From: a bacterium
Lineage (GTDB): Bacteria; SZUA-182; JBHHXV01
Assembly (NCBI GenBank): GCA_046757225.1
Contig: JBHHXV010000001.1
Coordinates: 1 to 34,540 of the forward strand
Length of the DNA: 34,540 nucleotides
Reading direction: 5' to 3'
The notes under the pieces are model-generated. The model saw only the letters and a list, made by a program, of their open reading frames with translations, ran no database searches and had not been told where the DNA came from. The translations under genes were made by a program, and so were the position numbers. Numbering within the stretch: the stretch's first letter is position 1; the number at the start of each line of letters is the position of its first letter. Positions 8,729 through 16,940 of this stretch are shown piece after piece.

Positions 8729-9391
8729 TTATTTTGCGTGAGCCCCGTGCTTCTTTTCTGATTTTTCATGACTTTCAGCGGCTGCGGGTTTTGCCGCCGT
8801 CTTGCCTGCGAAGTCGTTCTTCAGGGTAATAGCGTACAGGTCATGCTCAAACGCGTGCATGTCGGGAAATTTGGCGAACAGCCAGCCAGAGTATTTCTCG
8901 GCTTTTCCTTCCAATATTTTAGCGAACAAAGCCGGATTGTTCGGTTGGTTGCTGGCGGAAGTCAACACCCCCGGAGGCATGGTGAAATCCGGCAGGAACG
9001 CCCCTATCTTAACCACCAGCTTGGTGTCAGGAACCTTGAACTCGGAATTTACCGGAACCTCGTATGTTTTCGAGTTACCGGTCTTCTTGTTTTTTACCAG
9101 CAGCTTAATGGTTTTCCAGGTGGCTTTAACCTCATCAGACACTACCAGCCGCCTGGCTTTTTTCACTGCTTTCCCCCCGGCTATCGCCTGGTGATCGGCC
9201 GGCATTTTTCCGGTTTGCATCATGGCCTGGTGATTGGCCGGCATTTTACTGGTGTTTATGGAAGGAGCGACGGTTCCATCCTTAAGAGGGTCTTTCCTCT
9301 GGGCGCTTTCTTCTTTTTTACTGCAAGCGGCGCTAAGCAACAAAAGACTCACTGCCAGTACAGCCAGCACAACGATACTTTTATTTTTCAT
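8729..9391 (-). CDS. Lipoprotein with a Met/His-rich duplicated motif and a DUF2155-like C-terminal domain
   Basis: Signal peptide plus lipobox (LLLLSAAC). Duplicated KMPA(N/D)HQA motif. The C-terminal ..YSGWLFAKFPDMHAFEHDLYAITL resembles the GWMFA..P.L.A.EHP.YDVW motif that I recall for DUF2155. Confidence 0.6.
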   Translation of the reverse strand: MKNKSIVVLAVLAVSLLLLSAACSKKEESAQRKDPLKDGTVAPSINTSKMPANHQAMMQTGKMPADHQAIAGGKAVKKARRLVVSDEVKATWKTIKLLVKNKKTGNSKTYEVPVNSEFKVPDTKLVVKIGAFLPDFTMPPGVLTSASNQPNNPALFAKILEGKAEKYSGWLFAKFPDMHAFEHDLYAITLKNDFAGKTAAKPAAAESHEKSEKKHGAHAK

Positions 9392-9518
9392 CTTTTAAAA
9401 GAGATCTCCTTTTGGGAAAAACATGTTAATGGAATAGTTCTTTCTATATGAAAATTCTACAGATACAAGAGATCTGTCTGTTAAGGGGGATTATTTCTAT
9501 TGATAACGCCGGGGAGGC

Positions 9519-9800
9519 TTATTCCTCTCCTTCGGCTCCCGGAATTTTTTCCTCAACTTCCGGGCCGGATTGAGACAAGGTCGTTCCTTCATGCACTTCA
9601 TCCTCCTTGGTCGCGGAAACTTCTCCGATTCCGCTGTGATCGTGGGCGTTGGGCAGGAAGGCGGTTTTGGCATATTTACCTAATGAACCGGCAATCTCCG
9701 CTCTTTCTTCCTCAGGACTTTTGGAACAGCCCGTACCTCCCAGAGAAAGGGAAGCGACGGCCAGACAAGCGATAAACACGGTAACCCCTTTTTTATGCAT
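9519..9800 (-). CDS. Small acidic lipoprotein, unknown function
   Basis: 93 aa, signal peptide with lipobox (SLGGTGC), low-complexity acidic tail. I recognise no homology. Confidence 0.45.
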   Translation of the reverse strand: MHKKGVTVFIACLAVASLSLGGTGCSKSPEEERAEIAGSLGKYAKTAFLPNAHDHSGIGEVSATKEDEVHEGTTLSQSGPEVEEKIPGAEGEE

Positions 9801-9831
9801 AAAATTTCCCCCTATTTAAGAAATATTGCCG

Positions 9832-9921
<90 letters not shown>

Positions 9922-10073
9922 CATTCAATCCTTAGAATAAATAAATCTATAGTATTACCGTTAATATGTCAAGTCTTAGTTATTTGTGCAGCAGTTAATC
10001 TTTTTTCCCGCTGGAAAGGAAAAGCTCCTTGTGGCATAATGTCGGATAATTTATAGGAGGTATAGAGAGAACC

Positions 10074-11927
10074 ATGCTTAATGTAATGAGAACAAATGTA
10101 AAGTGGCTGATCGGGCTGATAATCTTTTTCTTTATCGGCACTATCTTTGTCGCCTGGGGAGTGGGCGGCGGGGCGGCTGACCGGCGGAATAAAAATTACG
10201 CGGCCAGGGTTTACGGCCGGATTATCAGTGTTGAGGCCTTGAACCGGGCCGAAGAAAACAACCGGGCGCTTTACCGCCGGATTTACGGGGAGCGGTTTAA
10301 CAGTAAACTGGCTAAAGCATTAAAACTCAGAGAGAACGCTTTAAGAGGGTTGATCAAACGCGAGCTGTTGATCATCCGGGCCGGTGAGATGGGAATCATG
10401 GTATCAGACCGGGCCGTAACCAACAACATCAAAACTGACCGCAATTTTCAGACAAACGGCCGCTTTGATATGCGCAAATACAAGATGGTATTAAAATATA
10501 ACCGGTTAAGCCCGGAAATGTATGAGGCCAAGATTAAAGAGGATCTCTTGTCCCGATACCTGGAGGAGATAATCTCCGCTCAGGCCAAGGTCTCCTCACA
10601 AGAGACGAGGGAGGCGTATATCCAGCAGAATGAAACCGTAAAAGCGGAGCTGATCAAGTTTGAAGGCAAGGACTTCCTGGACCGGGTAAAGGTGACTGAC
10701 CGGGAGACCGGCGATTATTTTTCCAACCATAAAACCGAATTCAGGATTCCCGAACAGAGAAGGGGGGTAACCCTTCTGGTCGATCCCGCCGGCCTGAAGG
10801 TCTCACCGGCTACCGAGCGGGATATAGAAGAATACTATTTATTGAACAAATCGGATTTCCAGGTGGCTGAGCAGGTGAAAGCCAGCCATATTCTTTTCAA
10901 AACCGCTGACAAGGAAAAGGTCAAAGCAAAGGCGGAAGAGGTTCTAAAGAAAATCCGCCAGGGAAAAGATTTTGCCGAAATGGCTAAGAAATATTCGGAA
11001 GATACAACTGCCAAAGATGGCGGAGACCTCGGTTATTTTCAGCGGGGGGTGATGGTGTCGGAATTCGACCGGGCCGCGTTTGCCATGAAGAAAGGGGAGG
11101 TGAGCGACCTGATAAAAACCTCCTTCGGTTACCATATTATCAAGGTTACCGATCTGGTAGAGGCTCATATAAAAAGCCTGGAGAAATCCAGGAAAGATAT
11201 TGTTTCCCGGTTGAGGGAGGAGCGGCGGCTGAATAAAGCCGAAAAGCTGGTGGAAACCTGTTACGACCAGCTTTTGAGCGGAGCTGATATCAAACAGGTG
11301 GCTGACCGGAACTCCGTCAAATTGAAGGAGGGAATATTGAAGCCGCTCAATAATAAATCGCCCAACCGGGTGCTGGCCTCTTTAAAGCTGAACGAGATCA
11401 GCCAGATAATCCGAAATCCCAAAACGAATATCTATAAAATAGTTAAACTGGTGGAGATAAAAGAAAGCTATATCCCGGAATTGAAGGAGGTTGCGGCTAA
11501 GGTCGAATTGGCCCTCAAGCGGGAAAAGGCTCTTTCCCTGGCCGGGAAATCCGCTCAGGATTTTTTTGATAAGGTCAAAGGGGGAAAGAAATTCACCGAA
11601 CTGGCCCGGAAACTTAACAAAAAGATCGAAGAAACCAATGCTTTCACCTCCACCGGTTTTATCACCCCTGTGGGAAGGCTGGCCGGAACTGACTCCTTAT
11701 TTGACTTGAAAGAGGGGGATCTTTCTCTGCCCCTGAAAAAGGGAAACAACTATTATCTGTTTAAGATAAAAAAGCATAAAAGATTCGATGAAAAAGAGTT
11801 TCTGGCCCAGAAAGAAATCATTGAAGAGCGATTACAAAGGGAAAAAGGGAGCAAACAGGTGCTCGCCTGGCTGCAGAAGGAGTTGCAGTCATCGGAGATC
11901 GAAATCCAGCAGCAGGTTTTAAGGTAG
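10074..11927 (+). CDS. ppiD: Periplasmic chaperone / peptidyl-prolyl isomerase, PpiD-like
   Basis: N-terminal membrane anchor, a SurA-N-like region and a central parvulin domain (ASHILF...DGGDLGYF..G.MV.EFD.AAF....GEVS..I.T.FGYHIIKV). Confidence 0.8.
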   Translation: MLNVMRTNVKWLIGLIIFFFIGTIFVAWGVGGGAADRRNKNYAARVYGRIISVEALNRAEENNRALYRRIYGERFNSKLAKALKLRENALRGLIKRELLIIRAGEMGIMVSDRAVTNNIKTDRNFQTNGRFDMRKYKMVLKYNRLSPEMYEAKIKEDLLSRYLEEIISAQAKVSSQETREAYIQQNETVKAELIKFEGKDFLDRVKVTDRETGDYFSNHKTEFRIPEQRRGVTLLVDPAGLKVSPATERDIEEYYLLNKSDFQVAEQVKASHILFKTADKEKVKAKAEEVLKKIRQGKDFAEMAKKYSEDTTAKDGGDLGYFQRGVMVSEFDRAAFAMKKGEVSDLIKTSFGYHIIKVTDLVEAHIKSLEKSRKDIVSRLREERRLNKAEKLVETCYDQLLSGADIKQVADRNSVKLKEGILKPLNNKSPNRVLASLKLNEISQIIRNPKTNIYKIVKLVEIKESYIPELKEVAAKVELALKREKALSLAGKSAQDFFDKVKGGKKFTELARKLNKKIEETNAFTSTGFITPVGRLAGTDSLFDLKEGDLSLPLKKGNNYYLFKIKKHKRFDEKEFLAQKEIIEERLQREKGSKQVLAWLQKELQSSEIEIQQQVLR

Positions 11928-11929
11928 AC

Positions 11930-13015
11930 GTGAGTTTCAGTTGCGGTATTGTGGGGCTGCCCAATGTGGGGAAATCGACGATTTTCAGCGCCCTCTCCAG
12001 CGCCGAAGCGGAGGCGGCCAATTATCCCTTCTGCACGATCGATCCGAATGTCGGGGTGGTGAAGGTTCCTGACCGCCGCCTGGAAAAGCTGGCTGAGTTA
12101 TATAAATCAGCCAGGATTATCCCCACTACCATTGAGTTTGTCGATATCGCCGGCCTGGTGAGGGGCGCCAGCAGGGGAGAGGGGCTGGGCAACAAGTTTT
12201 TAGGCAATATCCGGGAAGTGGATGCCGTGGTTCAGGTGGTGCGCTGTTTTCAGGACGGCGATGTTGCCCATGTGGAAGGTAAAACCGACCCGGCCGGAGA
12301 CGTGGATATTATCAGAACCGAACTGCTGCTGGCCGACCTGGAAACAGTGGAGCGGCGGATGGAAAAAACCAGGAAAACCGCCAAAAGCGGAAACAGGGAA
12401 GCGGCCGCTCTGATGGAAACCCTGCTGCAATTGCAGGCCGGTCTTTCGGACGGTAAAATGGCGGTTTACCAGGATCTGAACCGGGAACGGATATCCGACC
12501 TGCACCTGCTCACCGACAAGCCGGTTCTTTATGTGGGAAACCTGTCCGATAAAGACTCTCCCGTAGAGCGGGAATACCTGAAGGCTTTGAAAGCATACAC
12601 CGAACCCGACGGTTCGCCGGTGATTGAGATCGCGGGCAAGATAGAAGCGGAGCTGACGGAGCTGGATCCGGCAGACCGGGCCGCTTTCAAAGAGGACCTG
12701 GGGATCAGCGAAAGCGGGCTGGAGCGGATGATTACCGCCGGTTACCGGCTGCTGGATCTGATCACCTTTTATACCTGCGGGCCAAAGGAAGCGCATGCCT
12801 GGACCATTACCCGGAACACCCGGGCGCCCCAGGCGGCCGGGGTTATCCATACCGATTTCGAGCGGGGGTTCATCCGGGCGGAAATCAGCAAATCCCGTGA
12901 TCTTCTTGAGCTGGGATCGGAAGCGGCGGTAAAGGAAAAGGGGCTGCTTAAACAGGAAGGCAAGGATTACCTGATGTGCGACGGCGATATCGCCCATTTC
13001 AAGTTCAATGTCTAA
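11930..13015 (+). CDS. ychF: Ribosome-binding ATPase YchF
   Basis: GIVGLPNVGKSTIF, the TGS/YchF C-terminal domain (FFT.G..E.RAWTI..G..A..AAG.IH.DFE.GFI.AE) and a 361 aa length. GTG start. Confidence 0.9.
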   Translation: MSFSCGIVGLPNVGKSTIFSALSSAEAEAANYPFCTIDPNVGVVKVPDRRLEKLAELYKSARIIPTTIEFVDIAGLVRGASRGEGLGNKFLGNIREVDAVVQVVRCFQDGDVAHVEGKTDPAGDVDIIRTELLLADLETVERRMEKTRKTAKSGNREAAALMETLLQLQAGLSDGKMAVYQDLNRERISDLHLLTDKPVLYVGNLSDKDSPVEREYLKALKAYTEPDGSPVIEIAGKIEAELTELDPADRAAFKEDLGISESGLERMITAGYRLLDLITFYTCGPKEAHAWTITRNTRAPQAAGVIHTDFERGFIRAEISKSRDLLELGSEAAVKEKGLLKQEGKDYLMCDGDIAHFKFNV

Positions 13016-13952
13016 AGCTCAAGATATATCCGATCTGCCGGCTCTCGTGCGAAGATCGACCGAAAGCATCCAGGTAAACCTTGGAGGGCTGTGCAATCAG
13101 GCCTGCCTTCACTGCCACATTGACGCCGGCCCCGACAACCGGAAAATAATGGGCAGGGGGGTGATGGATGAGATCATCGAGGTTTTGAAAAGCCGCCCCC
13201 GGAAAACCCTGGACATCACCGGCGGGGCCCCGGAACTCAATCCTGATTTCGATTATCTGGTCAACTCCTGCCGGCCGCTGGTGGAGAAAATCATTGTCCG
13301 CTGCAATCTGACGGTGCTCTTTGAGCCGGGTAAAGATTATCTGCCGGATTTCTATAAGGAAAACCGGGTGGAGCTTACCTGCTCCCTTCCCTGTTACCTG
13401 GAAGAGAACGTGGACAGGCAGCGGGGCCGGGGGGTCTATCAGAAAAGCGTCAAAGCCCTCAAACTCCTTAATGGGATCGGTTACGGCCGGGAAAAGAGCG
13501 GGCTGATCCTCAACCTGCTCTACAATCCCGGAGGCCCATACCTTCCGGGAAATCAGGGGGAACTGGAAAAAGCCTATAAAAGGGAATTGAAAAACCGGTT
13601 CGGTATAGAGTTCAACCGCCTGTACTGCCTTACCAACATGCCGATCAGCAGGTTCAAGCGGGAGTTGGTAAGGACCGGGGCTTATGACAGCTATATGGCT
13701 CTGCTTAAAGAAAATTACAACCCTGCCACCGAAGAAAACCTGATGTGTCTCGATCAAATCAGCGTGGGGTATGACGGCGCGGTTTACGACTGCGATTTCA
13801 ACCAGATGCTGGGGCTGCGGCTGGTAAAGGAGGGCCGTCCCCTGTCAGTCTCTCAAATCAGCCGGTGGGAACCTGATTATATCATGGTAAAGGAACACTG
13901 CTTCGGCTGCATGGCCGGTTCCGGCAGCAGCTGTACCGGTTCCCTTTCATAA
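13008..13952 (+). CDS. arsS: Radical SAM / Cys-rich-domain protein of the ArsS (arsenosugar biosynthesis radical SAM, DUF3641-containing) family
   Basis: CNQACLHC (CxxxCxxC) cluster. The YNP.G..LP..Q..LE..YK..L...FGI.FN.L...TNMPI.RF block, then YDCDFNQML and the C-terminal CFGCMAGSGSSCTG, match my memory of this family. It overlaps the ychF stop by 8 nt. Confidence 0.7.
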   Translation: MSKAQDISDLPALVRRSTESIQVNLGGLCNQACLHCHIDAGPDNRKIMGRGVMDEIIEVLKSRPRKTLDITGGAPELNPDFDYLVNSCRPLVEKIIVRCNLTVLFEPGKDYLPDFYKENRVELTCSLPCYLEENVDRQRGRGVYQKSVKALKLLNGIGYGREKSGLILNLLYNPGGPYLPGNQGELEKAYKRELKNRFGIEFNRLYCLTNMPISRFKRELVRTGAYDSYMALLKENYNPATEENLMCLDQISVGYDGAVYDCDFNQMLGLRLVKEGRPLSVSQISRWEPDYIMVKEHCFGCMAGSGSSCTGSLS

Positions 13953-13954
13953 GT

Positions 13955-14773
13955 ATGATGTCTCCTCCCGTAAACAGGCGGTTTATCCTTCCCGTTTTAC
14001 TGACGGTCTGCCTCTCGGGTATCACTTCTCCGGCCCGGGCTTTCGATTATACCGGCTACGCCGGTGTCCTGAGGAAGTATGTTCATAACGGTCTGGTCGA
14101 TTACAAAAGATTGAAACAAAACCGGTCGGGCCTGGACAGTTTCATAGAAAGCGCAGCCAGGCTCAGCAAAAAAGAGTTGCAAGGCTGGCCCCGGTCCGGT
14201 CAGCTGGCTTTTTACCTGAACGCCTATAATGCCATCACCCTGCAAAGAATCATCGATCACTATCCTCCGGTAAGCCACCAGGGAACTCCTGAAATCTCCA
14301 TTCGGAATATCGAGGGGGTCTGGGACAAAATCAAAAACAACGTGGCCGGAGAATCGGTTACCTTGAACGATCTGGAGCATAACATTATCAGGAAGAGATT
14401 CAAGGAGCCCAGGATCCATTTCGCCCTGGTCTGCGCGGCCCGGGGCTGCCCGGTTCTGATTCCCGAACGCTACTACGGAGATCGGCTGGAAACCCAACTG
14501 ACCAGGGCGGCCAAGCTGTTTCTGGCTGACAAAAAGAAAAATTACATCGATTTTTCCCGGAAGATTATCTTTCTCTCCCCTCTCTTTGACTGGTATGGGA
14601 ATGATTTCGTGGAAAAGTACGGCGGAAAAGCAAGCGGGCCTCATGGTAAAAAGCTGGGGGCCATTTTGAGTTTCTGCTCTCAATATGTTTCGCCCCGGGA
14701 AGCCGCTTTTATCCGCGACCAATCCTACCAGGTAAAATTCTCCTCCTACGATTGGTCGCTGAACTCTCTCTGA
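13955..14773 (+). CDS. DUF547 domain protein with signal peptide
   Basis: Signal peptide, then ..AFYLNAYNA.T...I......SI..I...WD.......G...TL.D.EH.I.R..F.EPRIHFALVCAA.GCP, the characteristic DUF547 core. Confidence 0.7.
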   Translation: MMSPPVNRRFILPVLLTVCLSGITSPARAFDYTGYAGVLRKYVHNGLVDYKRLKQNRSGLDSFIESAARLSKKELQGWPRSGQLAFYLNAYNAITLQRIIDHYPPVSHQGTPEISIRNIEGVWDKIKNNVAGESVTLNDLEHNIIRKRFKEPRIHFALVCAARGCPVLIPERYYGDRLETQLTRAAKLFLADKKKNYIDFSRKIIFLSPLFDWYGNDFVEKYGGKASGPHGKKLGAILSFCSQYVSPREAAFIRDQSYQVKFSSYDWSLNSL

Positions 14774-14780
14774 CCAGATT

Positions 14781-16589
14781 TTATTTTTCTTGAAGCCTTT
14801 TCTGAAGGTCCTCTAATTTTCCCTGAGCCTCCAGCCACAGATTCTCCTGCTTCTCCAATGATTTTTTTAATTGCGCCAGCCGTTTGCTCTTTTCCTGAGA
14901 ATAGACCGAAGGGTTGTCTCTAAAATATAAGAAGATCTCCTGCCGCTCATGCTCCTGTTGCTCAATCGATTTTTCAAAATCCCTGATAAGCTTCCGCTGC
15001 AACCTTATCTCCTCCTGGGTCTTCTTCCGGTTCGCCTGTTTCTTCGGTTTTGGGGCCGGCTTTCCGGGAAGCTTAAGCCGATGTTGCGCGCCGCCTGCCT
15101 CGACATCAGCGCTCCTTTTCTTTAAGTCATTCACATAATCCTGATAATCACTGTGATAATACCTTATTTCTCCATCTCTTACCTCCATGATGCCGGTAGC
15201 CAGCATATTGACAAAGGTCCGGTTATGGCTGATAAACGAGATGGTGTTGTTGCACTTTGATAAAGCGGCTGCCAAGGCTTCCACTGTCTCAAAATCCAAA
15301 TGGTTTGAAGGCTCGTCCAAAAGCAGTACCTTGGTCTTTTTCAAGAGCAGGCCGGCCAGATACAGCCGGGCTTTCTCTCCGCCGCTTAACATCCCGATCT
15401 TCTTTTGGGTGTCTCGAAACAGGAAATTTCCCGCCATTTCATAGATCTCTTCAGTGGTCACCTCAGGGGCGGCGCATTCACATAAATAGTCAAAGACCTG
15501 TTTCTTGGGGTCAAGTGAGCCGGGAACATGCTGAGCATAATAGGCGATATCGCTATCCTTTGACCAGCTGAACTCCCCATGAAGCGGTTCGATCTCCCCG
15601 GCCAGTGTTTTCATAAAGGTCGTCTTTCCCTGGCCGTTATCCCCCACGACTGCAATATGTTTTCCCCGCTCGATTTCCTGATTTATCTCTCCCGCTACAA
15701 CCTTGGATTCGCCATAACCGATATACAACTGCTTTGTTTTCAGAGCGATCCCCTTTCTCTGTTCAACCTTGGGGATACTGATACGAACATTACTAAGCGG
15801 ATTTAAGATTTCAATCGTTTTAAGGCGCTGGATCTGCTTTTGTTTTGATTTTGCTTGACTGGCTTTTGAGGCTTTGGCGGAAAAACGATCCACAAATGTC
15901 TGTAAATGCTTTTTCTGCCGGGCAATATTCTTGTTGGTCTTTTCCTTTAACTCAAGCTGTTCCCTTTTATAGGCCAGATAATCCTCTAAAGGCCTGGGAA
16001 AAAGAAAGAGACTCTGGTTTTCTATGTCCAGGGTATGCTCAGAGACATTTTTTAGAAATTCCCGGTCATGCGAAATAACCAGATACGACCCCCGAAAAGA
16101 GAGCAGAAATCGCTCCAGCAGGAATTGAGTGCTTAAATCAAGATAATTGGTAGGCTCATCCAGTAACAGGAGGTTCGGCTCTCCCAGCAGCATGGCGGTA
16201 AGCTTGACCCGCATCTGATACCCTCCGGGCAAACCGCCTATTACCGAATGAAGAATATCGCTGCCTAATTGAAATTGCGCGGCTACTTTACCGCATTCCC
16301 ACTCTTGTTTTCCGGTATACCTTACTAAGAACTCAAGAACCTTTTCGGTCGGGTCAAAGGGATCATGCTGCTCCAAATATCCCAGTCTGGTTTGCTTACC
16401 GAGGGTAACAGCCCCGGAATCAAGAGCCTCTTCCTGGGTTATCATTTTAAAAAGAGTCGATTTTCCCGCTCCGTTCCTCCCGATAACCCCTATCTTCTTT
16501 TTTTCGGAAACCGTCAGATTGGCTTTGTGAAAAAGAACCTGATGATTATAGGATTTTGAAAGGTTTTCTATTTGCAGTAACATAGGCAT
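14781..16589 (-). CDS. ABC-F family ATPase with C-terminal coiled-coil extension (Uup-like)
   Basis: Two ABC cassettes (GRNGAGKST and GDNGQGKTT Walker A; LPGGYQ and LSGGEK signatures; LLLDEP twice), no TM domain, Lys-rich linker, long charged C-terminal coil. I place the start at ATG 16589 (MPMLLQIENLSKSY); 16583 is also possible. The 40 upstream in-frame codons of the track ORF are encoded by repeat S copy A. Confidence 0.8.
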   Translation of the reverse strand: MPMLLQIENLSKSYNHQVLFHKANLTVSEKKKIGVIGRNGAGKSTLFKMITQEEALDSGAVTLGKQTRLGYLEQHDPFDPTEKVLEFLVRYTGKQEWECGKVAAQFQLGSDILHSVIGGLPGGYQMRVKLTAMLLGEPNLLLLDEPTNYLDLSTQFLLERFLLSFRGSYLVISHDREFLKNVSEHTLDIENQSLFLFPRPLEDYLAYKREQLELKEKTNKNIARQKKHLQTFVDRFSAKASKASQAKSKQKQIQRLKTIEILNPLSNVRISIPKVEQRKGIALKTKQLYIGYGESKVVAGEINQEIERGKHIAVVGDNGQGKTTFMKTLAGEIEPLHGEFSWSKDSDIAYYAQHVPGSLDPKKQVFDYLCECAAPEVTTEEIYEMAGNFLFRDTQKKIGMLSGGEKARLYLAGLLLKKTKVLLLDEPSNHLDFETVEALAAALSKCNNTISFISHNRTFVNMLATGIMEVRDGEIRYYHSDYQDYVNDLKKRSADVEAGGAQHRLKLPGKPAPKPKKQANRKKTQEEIRLQRKLIRDFEKSIEQQEHERQEIFLYFRDNPSVYSQEKSKRLAQLKKSLEKQENLWLEAQGKLEDLQKRLQEK

Positions 16590-16636
16590 ATAATATTCTC
16601 TATTTATCTGAAAAGACAGGATTAAACAGGTAATAT

Positions 16637-16719
16637 GGAGTGGAGTCTTCCCAATCTTGGGGGATAACTGGCTTTTTTCATCATGAGGGGGTGACGGATG
16701 GCCCGTCATGAAAAGTTTT
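16637..16719 (-). repeat. Repeat S, copy A, in the 5' region of the ABC-F gene
   Basis: Sense (minus) sequence: AAAACTTTTCATGACGGGCCATCCGTCACCCCCTCATGATGAAAAAAGCCAGTTATCCCCCAAGATTGGGAAGACTCCACTCC. Outer stem is CTTTTCA/TGAAAAG and the inner hairpin is TGACGG-GCCAT-CCGTCA. It differs from copy B at 5 positions by hand alignment. Confidence 0.8.
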
Positions 16720-16873
16720 GATAAAAAGACCCTATCATTTATGAACCGGTTTTACAAGAGCTAACCCGAATTATTTGGAAACCATAACCGGCGAATCGAT
16801 ATTTACCAGAAACAGGTAACCGGAAATGACAGACGTGGGGGTGTTTCGGCTTGAGACAAAATGCAAAAAAAAC

Positions 16874-16923
16874 TTGACAAGGGGCAAAAAACCGTTATAA
16901 TCATGATAACGATTATCATTATC
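16874..16923 (+). promoter_or_regulatory. Sigma70 promoter with overlapping Fur box, upstream of porin-feoB
   Basis: TTGACA (16874..16879), 16-nt spacer, TATAAT (16896..16901). Immediately downstream, GATAACGATTATCATTATC (16905..16923) matches the 19-bp Fur consensus GATAATGATAATCATTATC at 17 of 19 positions. Confidence 0.75.
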
Positions 16924-16940
16924 ATAAAAAGGTTGTGTTT

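Noticed and set aside
9456-9480. Possible terminator hairpin ACAGAT-ctcttgt-ATCTGT on the minus strand after the small lipoprotein gene
   Set aside because: The stem is only 6 bp and AU-rich, with a weak T-tract (AGAATTTTC). That is too marginal to report as a feature.
9500-9775. 91-aa plus ORF opposite the small lipoprotein gene
   Set aside because: It has no SD or signal features. The minus-strand ORF has a clean signal peptide and lipobox. Neither is strongly supported, so the lipoprotein call itself is only moderate.
16637-16719. Repeat S as a simple rho-independent terminator (the antisense strand shows a hairpin followed by TTTT)
   Set aside because: In none of the three copies does a gene end upstream in the orientation that would use that hairpin plus T-run. 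In the sense orientation no U-run follows the stem.
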